A stretch of DNA of 64,000 nt from Macrostomum hystrix (GCA_950097015.1 CATNEN010000029.1:6572001-6636000); one strand, 5' to 3'; positions 52,526 through 62,597 are shown, numbered from the stretch's first letter. The notes: a model not told the origin generated them from the letters alone. Program-made: numbers and translations.

Positions 52526-53234
52526 CATTAGCCTCCCATTCGGTCTCTCACTCACCCACAACAGTCATCCATGGCCAGCGGTTGTCTCCGACATAGTCAG
52601 CTAACTGCAGTCGGCAAGTTGCATCGGTTCTGTCGGCGTCACCGATTTATGAGCCTCCTTTGTCGCCGGTGTTCTTGTCGACATCAACAGCTTGATGACT
52701 ATCGTTTGTCGGCTCATCGACTTTGAGTCCGCAGTTTCCTGACTCGGGTCCGTGTTGGCAGCATTGTCCGCTATTGCATTTTTCTTTAAAGTCTTTCATT
52801 TTTTCAAGCGTTTAAAAGACAATTTTCCTGGGTTTTAAACTTGTTTTTTGTAAGGAATAGCTTTGCTATAAAGTATGAAAAATGAAGTAAATTTACAACC
52901 CAGGCATTCTTAACGCAGCAGAAAAGCAATTCTCGCAATTAGCGGTGTCGTTGTCGTTAGGGAAAGTACCACCGGTGCCCTACCCATTCATTCATCAATA
53001 ATTGAGCTTCATTTTATCTTGCTATTGCATTTTTCCATGAAAATCTGCATTTAGTAAATTTTCCAAGAAACGAAGTTTCCCGTCCTTCTTCTTCGAGTGG
53101 TCCTTGGTTCGTATCTTATCCTTGGTACTTGGACACTTGGTACTTGGTACTTATCCATTTTAAATTAAAGCAATTAACTGAAGCTCAGTTCTAGTTTCTT
53201 ACTAATATGACACTAAGTCAGGTCGAGTCGAGTC

Positions 53235-53300
53235 GGCTTGGGTCGGGAATCGAACCCCCGACCTTCAAATCGTGAGTCCGAGGCTCTAACCACTAGACAA
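53235..53300 (-). mobile_element. SINE family 2 tRNA-like head only
   Basis: Minus strand reads TCTAGTGGTTAGAGCCTCGGACTCACGATTTGAAGGTCGGGGGTTCGATTCCCGACCC. Confidence 0.65.
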
Positions 53301-53601
53301 CAACAACTGCAGCCATTTTTTTACTGTTAAAAGCGCCAAATTATACACGAAAACACTAACAATTATGCGATAAAACATTATATACATACTTTGAAGCATG
53401 TGCCTTTGTTTCATTGTTGGAAAAGAGCAATTTTCAAATCCTAGGCCATATAAACTGTAATGCACTTCAATATATGGGTAGAATACACAGTATTTCTAGC
53501 ATATTTTCTACTGGAAGAACACTGCCTTAAAAATAAACATTCCTGGATCGTGAGTACAAAGACCTACTGCCAGTGGTCCCTGAATTAGCATCGAGTTGTC
53601 C

Positions 53602-55512
53602 TCAGAGCTCGCACTCCAGTTCCATCCGCTTCAGCAGGGCGATGCATCGCCGCAGGGTGGGGGGATCCCGGCTCCAGCTGCCAGTCAGGTGCAGCTCCTC
53701 CGGCTCCGGATCCTCGGCCAGCCGAAGCAGCCACTCGGCCTCGCTGACGGGTCGCCGAGCTCCTGGCGGCAGCAGCTGAATGCTGAGCGCCCGCCACAAG
53801 CAGGTGAAGTTGCACATGTACAGGCCGTGCTGACTGGACAGGCAGGTTGGGAAATGCCGCCTCGCCACCTCCGGCAGGTAGTTGAAGCTCGGCGCGCGCC
53901 TGAACTGGAAGCAGAACCGGCCAGAGATGGCAGCGGGGAAAGCGGCGGCGGCCTCCGACAGTCCGCGCGGATCGGAGCCGGCGCCGGCTGCAGCCGAGTC
54001 AGCCGCCGCGGCGTCTAAGCCTCGTCGAAGATCGATCGGCGACGCCGGGTTCGCCTCCAGTGCCAGACGGGCCGTGCCAGTGTCGCCGCAGCGCAGGTGA
54101 AGCATCGCCGTCAGGCAGATCGCCGGCAGTCGGCAGGTGGTTGCCAGCTGCTCTAGTTGGCGCAGCAGGCCGGCACGGTCGGACAAGCCGCCGACAATGC
54201 CGCCGCCTCCGCCGCTTCCAACACCGGAGCCTCTGTCGTCCAGCAGCTCCAGGAATAGGTGCAGGAAGCTGTACCAGCTGGGCGGAAAGTTCGGCCGCAG
54301 GCGCAGCTGCCGCAGATTCCTGGGCGCTGGCAGCAGGGCGAAGGGCTGGAACAGCAGCTGGCCGTCGGGATCCGGCAGCGGCCGGACGGTGGTGGAGGCG
54401 AGCTGCCACAGACGGGCTAAATTGGTTCGCAGCTCGTGCAGGCCAGCAACCGCCCGAGACTTCGCTAGCAGCGAGTCGGCATCCGGGCCTTCGAAGGGCA
54501 GCCACCACCAGTCATTGCTGCTTGCCTCCGGACTCGACGCGGCGTCTGTCGCAGCAACAATGACGCCAGCAGGCGCAAAGATCTCCGGCAGGCTAACATT
54601 GGGCCGAGGATCGCGAGCCAAAAGGTCGTCCAGCAGCCGCAGAGCTTCCTTAACGCGCTGAACCAGCCGCTCCTCCTCCGGCCAGTTGTCGCCGATGCTG
54701 GCGAATCCGCCTTTGTCAGCCAGAAGGTGCAGCAGCAGCGATTTGGCGTGCCGCGGTCCCAAGCCGGGCAGCAGGCGTCGGCAGGCTAGCTTCAGCAGGA
54801 TGAACAGGCGACCCTCTGCCGTGTTGAGGGAGCGCATGACGGCCCGCTCGGCCAAGCTGCAGTCAGGCCTCAGCCGGCCGTCCGCCCAGCGGACCATCAG
54901 CAGCGGCGGAGGTGGCGGTGGCGGCTTCCGGGCTTGCGGCGCCTTTCCGGCGCGGCCAATTTCGCAACGAAATTTGGCTCCACCGTCTCCGCACGGGCAG
55001 CAGCAGCGGTAGGCGATCCACTCGCGCTGTGCCGGCCGCGATAGGGTGGCAGGCTGTTCCTTTGTCTCCGGCGTCGGCTCTGACGGAGGCGGTGTCAGCG
55101 GAGTCTGCTGCGCTGTCGCAGCCGCACGACCATTCTGACGGCGGTCCCGGCCTCCGGCGCAGGCACAGATTCCCTCCGGATGCATCAGCGCCATCTGCCG
55201 CCGCTCGCCATTCTTTTTGTTGACGTCCTCGTCGATGTCATCTCGCCGATTGTCGGGCAGCAGGATCCAGTTGATATCGGTGCCGGGTCCCGGTCTCCCG
55301 CTGGCCTGCACGACGTTGGCGCCCCAGCCCTCGGCCAGGCTGCCAACCAGCAGTCGCTCGTCTTGCATAACGTCGCCGCCGAGCTCTTCCAGGCAGTCGG
55401 CGAGGCCGCAGAGTCTGCGTATCCGCTCTGAACTGAAGCCGGCCAGAGACAAAAGTCTGTTGAGCCGACGGCTGACTTGCCTCTCTGCCTGCTCCACCGT
55501 GCTGCGGGACAT
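53602..55512 (-). CDS. Mab-21/cGAS-like (cGLR-type) nucleotidyltransferase-fold protein with helical C-terminus, 636 aa, single exon
   Basis: Long GC-rich ORF with CAAAATG start. Motifs LVGSLAEGWG...TDIN (GS-x-x-EG...DxD pattern) and CSLAERAVMRSL...LFILLKLACRRLL..LGPRHAKSLLLHLL (Mab-21 C-terminal SFSxAE...LLK...LxSYHLKT pattern). Confidence 0.72.
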   Translation of the reverse strand: MSRSTVEQAERQVSRRLNRLLSLAGFSSERIRRLCGLADCLEELGGDVMQDERLLVGSLAEGWGANVVQASGRPGPGTDINWILLPDNRRDDIDEDVNKKNGERRQMALMHPEGICACAGGRDRRQNGRAAATAQQTPLTPPPSEPTPETKEQPATLSRPAQREWIAYRCCCPCGDGGAKFRCEIGRAGKAPQARKPPPPPPPLLMVRWADGRLRPDCSLAERAVMRSLNTAEGRLFILLKLACRRLLPGLGPRHAKSLLLHLLADKGGFASIGDNWPEEERLVQRVKEALRLLDDLLARDPRPNVSLPEIFAPAGVIVAATDAASSPEASSNDWWWLPFEGPDADSLLAKSRAVAGLHELRTNLARLWQLASTTVRPLPDPDGQLLFQPFALLPAPRNLRQLRLRPNFPPSWYSFLHLFLELLDDRGSGVGSGGGGGIVGGLSDRAGLLRQLEQLATTCRLPAICLTAMLHLRCGDTGTARLALEANPASPIDLRRGLDAAAADSAAAGAGSDPRGLSEAAAAFPAAISGRFCFQFRRAPSFNYLPEVARRHFPTCLSSQHGLYMCNFTCLWRALSIQLLPPGARRPVSEAEWLLRLAEDPEPEELHLTGSWSRDPPTLRRCIALLKRMELECEL

Positions 55513-55589
55513 TTTGGGATGAATGAACTGCTGTACTCACTTCCCACCTGCCTCTCCCCTTCCGATTTCCCCAGGGATCAAGGCGGGCC

Positions 55590-58214
55590 TCACGCGCAGA
55601 GCCGGTCGCACAGCCACAGGGTGTTCTGGCAGGGCACCAGCAGGCAGCTGAGCCGCATGGCCTGTCCCGAGCCGGCGGAAATTCTCATCAGCGACCGGAT
55701 CAGCGGATCAGCCGCGGCCGCCGCCTTCACCTTCGCCGCCGGAAGGCGGTCGCGCGGCCGCTCGGCGTCGTACTGGACTACGGAAATTCGTGGCGTGGAC
55801 ATTGTCGCCGCTTCGAATTTTCTGCTGACCCGAATTCCGCAGACATCGTGCACGGACAGCCGGCCTTCGCCGAACGATTTTGAGCTTCCAGTTTCGCTAT
55901 CAGCGACGCCCATGGAGCTCCTTGGTTTGCTCAGCCTCAGCCTTCGGTCAGCTGACCGTTTTGAGTCACGTCTGCTTTCGCTTCGACTTTTACTAGCTCT
56001 CTCGCCGGCCTTTCCTGTCGTTCTGCTTCTCCCGTGGCTGATTTCCCGCTTCGCTTCCGCTTCGAGAGTCCAGCTCGGGGGGCCAGGCAGCCTCGGTCTC
56101 GCTAACCAGAGCCAGCAGGGCCCCGCTGCCGCGGCACTGCTCGATTCCGCGCACCAGATCCCGCTCACTTCCGGCTAGATCCGTCGGCCGGAAATGGACG
56201 CACGCCGCCGGCTGCCAGACGCCGCCGCCGCGATCCGCACCGCGGCTGATTCGCAGGCTCAGCTGATCGAACTGGTCTGTTGAGCCGTGCACGAACAGCT
56301 CGCCAGTTTGAGCTTCTGCCAGTTTTCTTGGTTCCTTTTCTTCTTCTTCTTCTTTATCTTCGACGGTAGTTTCGACTTCAGTTTCCTCAGCTGAACGGCA
56401 GTGATAGGCCAAGCAGGCGAAGGTGGCCACCAGATGAAGCGCTGCCAGTCGCTGCCGTCTCAGCCGACGGTGCGGCCGCGTCCGCTGCTGCTGCTGCTGC
56501 TGTTCCAGCTGCTTTTGCTGAGCCTCCTTAACTTCAGTTGCCGATCTAAATAAAAATGTATGTATATTCTTTATAGAGCCGAAATCAGCAAGCTTATAAA
56601 AAATTCGTGCGCCAAAAAGAGAAACCAAACTAGATGACAGTTGTCCAGATTGAAAGGGGAGAGAGATGAGACAATGGAGAAATCAGACAATGGAGAGATG
56701 AGACAAAGGAGAGATGAGACAATGGAGAGATGAGACAATGGAGAGATGAGACAATGGAGAGATGAGACAATGGAGAGATGAGACAATGGAGAGATGAGAC
56801 AAAGGATAGATGAGACAATCGAGAGATGAGACAATGGAGAAATGAGACAATGGAGAGATGAGACAATGGAGAGTTGAGACAAGGGAGAGATGAAACAGGG
56901 GAGAGATGAGACAAAGGAGAGATGAGACAAAGGAGAGATGAGACAATGGAGAGATGGGACAATGGAGAGTTGAGACAAGGGAGAGATGAAACAGGGGAGA
57001 GATGAGACAAAGGATGGATGTGACAGTAGAGAGTAAGTGATGGAAGGGGCCAAGGGGCGTGATTCATGCACTCGTACTTAATAGGTCGTATCTGGCCCAT
57101 GTGCCAGAGGTTGCCGACCTACGTTTTAAAAGACTTACGAGATCAAAGGGTCACAAGTTCGATTTTCTCAATAATCGGTGCAATTCTTCTTAACCTACAG
57201 CTTGCCTGAGAAGTTCCACAATAGATTTAAGTTTGCTTTTTAACGTATAAAAACTATTATAATCTATGAGTAGTATTCATGGTATCTCAGTGGGGTGAGT
57301 CGCAGAGCGGTCTAACGCGGTTGCCTATTGCACAAAGGTCACTGAGCTCGATTCTGCGGCGAGGCCACATTCATTTGGGGCGCAGTCGCGGAGAGAAGGC
57401 TTGGGGGCTTGTCGTGCAATTTACGCCCTTGAGGGCCAACCTCCAAGGCACAGTTAGAGTGTACACTGCCTGAAAATGAGAAAGCCAGGGCAGATGTACA
57501 CACCTGTGTGAGTGTATGCCTGCGTACGGTATTGTGTGCGTGTGTGCTCAGGAGTTAGCGAAATATGCAGAATCGCCTTCTCGCTGGCTACAGGTGTAGT
57601 GTCACCAAATTACGCGCTCGTATTTGCCATTGTCCACAGCCCTCCTGCAATTATTATTCACGGTATCCCAATGTCCGATCGCCAACGCACAGAGCTGACG
57701 GGTCCTCGTTCAACTGCCAGCCGCTGAGCAGCAGGTCGGCCGGGCAGCGCAGTTGAATCTGACGACTGTCTTCGCCGCTCAGGCAGGCGGCAGCCATGCG
57801 GCACAGGTCGAACAGAAGCAGGTGGCCCGGCTGGCTGACGCTCGTCAGTGCCTCGGCTGCCCGCCTGCTGGACAGTCGTACCCTCACCGGATGGTACGGG
57901 GAGCGCCACCAGACACCGCCGGTGTCACCGTCCAGCTGCTCAGCGTTGTCTAGGCTAACGTCGACTTCTTCGGCTGGCGCGAAGGTCAGTTCCAGCTGCT
58001 CGGTGGATGCGGCACCGCTAGCCCAATCGTAGGCGACGATGGCCGTCGACCATGGATTGACAACGCCGCGGCCGCCGCCTCCGCTACTGCTGACACTGAA
58101 TCCGCATCGTTTGAGTTGATCTCGAATGACACCATCGTGTTGAACCAGGCAGGCCGACCACAATGCCAGCGAGCAGTTGGCAGTGGCATTCTCTTCTGAT
58201 TCTTCGTTCGGCAT
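55590..58214 (-). CDS. Unknown spliced protein, possibly a highly divergent kinesin-motor-like protein; 3' part split over two frames
   Basis: GC-rich coding-like exon 58214 to ~57691 (donor GTGCGT, phase 2) fits acceptor TTTTTATTTAG at 56546 (exon from 56545). The intron holds a SINE and a MITE. Exon 2 frame ends at 55993 and contains DLAGSER. An overlapping frame runs to 55590. A candidate 40-nt 5'UTR intron (58255-58216) precedes the ATG. Confidence 0.5.
56578..57122. mobile_element. Older degenerate copy of the same hAT MITE family
   Basis: Left part CAGCAAGCTTAT...GCGCCAAAAAGAGAAACCAAACTAGATGACAG, internal (GAGAGATGAGACAATG)n array, and right part GGTCGTATCTGGCCCATGTGCCAGAGGTTGCCGACCTACG all align by eye to the 21225-21887 element. 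Confidence 0.7.
57291..57650 (+). mobile_element. tRNA-derived SINE family 1, full-length copy
   Basis: A-box-like CGCAGAGCGG, B-box-like GAGCTCGATTC, and body GAGAAGGCTTGGGGGCTTGTCGTGCAATTTACGCC..GAGGGCCAACCTCCAAGGCACAGT shared with other copies in the window. Confidence 0.8.
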
Positions 58215-58469
58215 GCTTGTTTTAGTAGTGTGTGCTTTCAGAAACTATTACTCACAATGTCGGCTGCCTGTCGCTGCCGTACTGCCTTAAAACATTCTCT
58301 CACGCATTGAGGTATATAATATTTTCACACGATGGTTTTTTGTTCACACGCCCTCAGATTTAGGGCGGGTCCACTTGGACTAACAATGAAAATCCTATTT
58401 CCGCGAACAGCGATGGGACTTCGAAGATTCCACAATGACGCTTTTACCAAATCTTTTACGAACTCATTG

Positions 58470-58910
58470 CCTTCTTCACGATAGCTCCCAAACCGAATGA
58501 CGGGTTTTTTGTGGAAGTCCTCTATATGGATCCAACTTTTCTGCCCTTTACTATCAGCTGACTTTCAAAGCCGTCCGATGTCAGCATCAGTCGTGATATT
58601 CAGAGATTCTTGTCGAAGGCCCTGATGAGAATGACAACTAACATTGCTGTGTATTGACGTCTATGGCGAATCCATATTGGTTCAATAATTAAAATAACTT
58701 GCTATGTAATCAGTACGATATAATCAATCATTAATAGCCGACGTGGACCAAAAAATCACGACGACGATGATTTTTTCTGATTCCGGAAGTTGTTGAATCG
58801 GATAGAGCGGAATATTTTAGCCCAAATTCTGGAATTTTCATGGCGACTGGTTGAATATTTTCGGAGATGCAGAAAAAACGAAAAAATGTGAGCATTTCAA
58901 ATACGATTCT
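58470..58910. repeat. Dispersed repeat family 3 copy
   Basis: Homologous by eye to 31965-32250 and 28350-28545. Confidence 0.65.
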
Positions 58911-59120
58911 ACTATGAAGACTACAAGAAACTGCCAGAAGAAGCCATTTCTGGAATGTCATCATCACAGATTGACATTCTCCTTCAACAGCAAACTGAGG
59001 AGCGGTTTGTGGAAAAGTAAATGGGCGAGCGTCAGGTGGAGCAACCATCAAATGGAGATGGCTAGTTGACCTGGATGGCATGTTCGACTGCGTGCCCAGC
59101 GTTGAAAAAGCTTATGGAAA

Positions 59121-59490
59121 ATGGACTTCAACGACCTAGAAGGCAGTGTCGCGAGTAACAATACCAGACGACAGACGGATCAGTACGTCAAAAGGCTGTT
59201 GGCCTTCATGGAATCGAATCCGTCCTTAAAAATTGATCTGCTAAGTCAACCGTGTGCTGCGAGTGTTCTTCGGCACGGCTCGTAAGCCTGACGGCGGATT
59301 TTATTTACCAGCGTCGCTAATCTGCATTCGTGCGGCCATCTACCGCTACTTGATGCGGGTCAGGCAAGCGAAACATTGAGGGCGATGCCTTCTATGCTGC
59401 GAACGCCACTCTGAAGGCTATGGCTCGGAAGTTTATTTCCGAGGGCGGCCACGCGAAGCATTTTCAAGCTATTGAACTCATATGCCAGCG
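59121..59490 (+). mobile_element. Decayed Crypton-like (tyrosine-recombinase DNA transposon) N-terminal coding fragment
   Basis: Three consecutive frames: MDFNDLEGSVASNNTRRQTDQYVKRLLAFM / VNRVLRVFFGTARKPDGGFYLPASLICIRAAIYRYL / NIEGDAFYAANATLKAMARKFISEGGHAKHFQAIE. Matches the DUF3504-associated NT..T.WA..F / FY..AR+.DG..Y...SL..IRA.I.RYL / I.D..F..AN..L pattern of Crypton, ZMYM, KCTD1 and QRICH1. Frameshifts near 59245 and 59371. Confidence 0.72.
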
Positions 59491-59717
59491 TCAATGCCAG
59501 CAGAGCGCGCTGTGGCTAACAGCGGCAACCATGCCGAGCCACGACATGTCACCTGGAAACTCAACTTTCATGGAAACGTGAGTTGGTGCACCTTTAATTT
59601 GCCAAAATGACGGTACGTTTTTACATCTACTTTAAAATGGACAATACTGCGAAAGTGACGCAGGCTTTCGTTAAATTGCTACTTAAAACATATACACACT
59701 GACAAACCATGTTAAAG

Positions 59718-60474
59718 TTTTACCATAGACATAGGCGTTATCTGCACGCTTGAGCGTTGTACAATGAATAGTACACCAAATCGCCTCGCTCGATAATTGA
59801 AAACTGTTTTACTCGGCCGCCTGCCTTGACGAATAGTCCTGCTGTGATTCGCAACATCGTATTAGCTCTAGCAAACGCTGCATCAGCAATGATAAATTCC
59901 AACCTCTTAGGCGGAGCATCTGACGAAACAACCCTGCCCGCAGACAAACAAGAGACGACGGTGAAAAATAGTCACCATCTTTGCGCCTCACGAACGCATA
60001 AAAGACTCGCAACGCAACTGCAGCTTCGTCAATGGTGCACTTACTTAGATCGAAGTGCTCCATGCCCTTGTCTTCCGAAACGGATGTAAACAAACTAAGA
60101 GCCCAAGTCTCTTGCTTCAAGGCAGAACGAGGCAAGTTCTCCAGTTCAATGTTGTCCAGTTGGCCAACGAGCGCATCGATTTGCGCTTCGTCCACAATTT
60201 GCGGGAGTGCATCCACATCAACCATCTCTAAATCGGGCAGATTTTCTTGCATCAATCGCTCCATTTCATTATCGCGATCCATTCTTACTCGGATTTCATT
60301 CGTAGTCAAACCGACGACATCACCTTGAGATAAATGAAGAAGGCCAATCGGGTACGTGGCTTCGGATTCCATCTCGCTTTCCAATTTCTCTGCTGCGTAA
60401 AGCTTCTCTATTGCACTCTTTAACAGCACCTTTTCGATCGCGCGACTGTATTGATAAATTTTTACCATAGACAT
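59718..60474 (-). mobile_element. Second decayed Crypton-like fragment, bounded by a 15-bp direct repeat
   Basis: ORF 60474-59809 contains SALKQETWALSLF and ALRVFYAFVRRKDGDYFSPSSLVCLRAGLFRQM. After a frameshift near 59910 it continues PPKRLEFIIADAAFARANTML...AGGRVKQFSIIERGDL. TTTTACCATAGACAT at 59718-59732 and 60460-60474. Confidence 0.72.
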
Positions 60475-61239
60475 TCTGACCGGTCATTAATCGTGTTCAT
60501 TAGTCCACTGATTTTTCAATATATTCTATATAAAGTATGATTTTCAAATGAATTCACTCTATTTTTATTTTCAATTGACGCTTTTCAAATTATAATCAAA
60601 CCTGTCGGAGGATGGTGATAAATGTGAGAAATTTGATTTTGAATCACTCTGCTATATTTCAGAGTATATTGCAGAGCAAAAATATTGCATATTTTTTAGC
60701 CTTAGGCTTGTGCTACTAGCTTTCTGTTGAGATGTACTTCATCACTTATAAAAATAATGCTTATTCTACTCATAGTAGTGTGAATCATGTTTCAATAGTC
60801 TAATATAATATATTCGGGATTCGAAATTATCAGGAAATAAAATGGATAGTTAAACTGGAAGTTCTTCTGAAATGTAGCAAAGTTTATGAAATCATCGAAT
60901 GCAATAACAGCTGCAGTTGCTAATAAGCATAAGTAGTGCATACTAACAGGCAGTTGGTGACAGGAAGTTTCTAGCATAATACACATCCCATCCGATACCT
61001 ATACAGGGTTCAGGTATCCTAAATTACTTGCAGTTTAACAGCTGTTCGCCCTCTTGGTGACAACTTGCCTGTGCATCAGCTGCTGTTTTCTGTTGTTTAT
61101 CCTGTCACTGCGCCTCACTGAGGGCCACACGCAGAAAATGACCGATAAAACACATTTTAGATACTTCCTTATTTCTAAATCCATATATTTAAATTATTCT
61201 TAGCATCAACTGTCAGACAATTCCAACTGTAACACAACC

Positions 61240-61948
61240 TGAACTGTCACTCATTCCTCACACTGAACTGTCACTCATTCCTCACACTGAACTGTCACTC
61301 ATTCCTCACTCTGAAATGTCACTCATTCCTGACACTGAACTGTCACTCATTCCTCACTCTGAACAGTCACTCATTCCTCACTCTGAACAGTCACTCATCC
61401 CTCACTCTGAACTGTCACTCATTCCTCACTCTGAACAGTCACTCATTCCTCACTCTGAACAGTCACTCATCCCTCACTCTGAACTGTCACTCATCCCTCA
61501 CTCTGAACTGTCACTCATTCCTCACTCTGAACAGTCACTCATTCCTCACTCTGAACAGTTACTCATCCCTCACTCTGAACAGTCACTCATTCCTCACTCT
61601 GAACTGTCACTCATTCCTCACTCTGAACAGTTACTCATCCCTCACTCTGAACAGTCACTCATTCCTCACACTGAACTGTCACTCATTCCTCACACTGAAC
61701 TGTCACTCATTCCTCACTCTGAACAGTCACTCATTTCCTCACACTGAACTGTCACTCATCCCTCACTCTGAACAGTCACTCATCCCTCACTCTGAACAGT
61801 CACTCCTTCCCTCACTCTGAACTGTCACTCATCCCTCACTCTGAACTGTCACTCATTTCCTCACTCTGAACAGTCACTCCTTCCCTCACTCTGAACAGTC
61901 ACTCATCCCTCACTCTGAACAGTCACTCATCCCTCACTCTGAACTGTT
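61240..61948. repeat. 24-bp minisatellite (CTGAACTGTCACTCATTCCTCACA)n
   Basis: Tandem periodicity. Confidence 0.96.
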
Positions 61949-62597
61949 CCTATCATTGATCGTGTTGCGGTTTCTTAATCTGGCGAACAAAATCGCTTCG
62001 CTTTGCGTGACAAACCCGCGAATTGATTCCCACTATCTTGTACTCGTAAAGTCAAGTTACATGCGAGTCACACCGCCAGTCTCCCTTGACTGCTGACTAA
62101 TTGGTTAGTGAGGATGGGGGCGATGAAGCTGGGATGCCTGGATGCCGCATCAGCGCAACCTGTCCGTGAGGCCGAGGAGATTCGGCAGCGCTCGCGTGCT
62201 GGCGACGACAAGTCAAATGGAAATGGGAAAATTGAATTCCCAGACCCCCCTCAGGTGTGGACCTGGGTGGCGACTCTTCTGACCGCCGGACTCGCCTAAT
62301 GACTTTCCCCTCTCCCCGGTCACACTTTCCGCTCCAACGAATTCTTTCGACTCCCTCTTTTACTTTCCTCTCTTCTTTTGCTAGAAGAAGAAAGTTTCAC
62401 GCCAATTTTTTAATTCTTATCGTTGAGGGCCAGACTTGGCAGAGCTGTCGCTTGGACTAACGGAATAAACTAAATCACCTGGTTGGTTACTAGCACCACA
62501 ATAAGCTATCTGGACCCACTGATTCTACCTGCAGCTGCTGATTTCGTTAGAGTATTCATTGCTGAATAGTAAATTAGATTATAAATGATGGTTAATA

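Larger units (their letters stand above)
50051..52799 (-). pseudogene. Lox4: Lox4/Lox2-like (Ubx/abd-A class) Hox gene, two exons, disrupted by an in-frame stop and a homeobox frameshift
   Basis: Exon 1 52799-52556 begins ATG (MKDFKEK...) and ends RWPWMTVV-G with donor GTGAGT. Exon 2 starts 50308 after TTTTCTTTCAG and reads [25 protein letters not shown] / [48 protein letters not shown] at 52649-52647 in exon 1. Only 4 nt (GCTG, 50234-50231) between EKE and NRY where 9 are expected. Confidence 0.85.

Noticed and set aside
62108-62299. GC-rich short ORF with a possible donor (CAG|GTGTGG), possibly a first exon
   Set aside because: No recognisable homology or partner exon in the window, so it cannot be supported.
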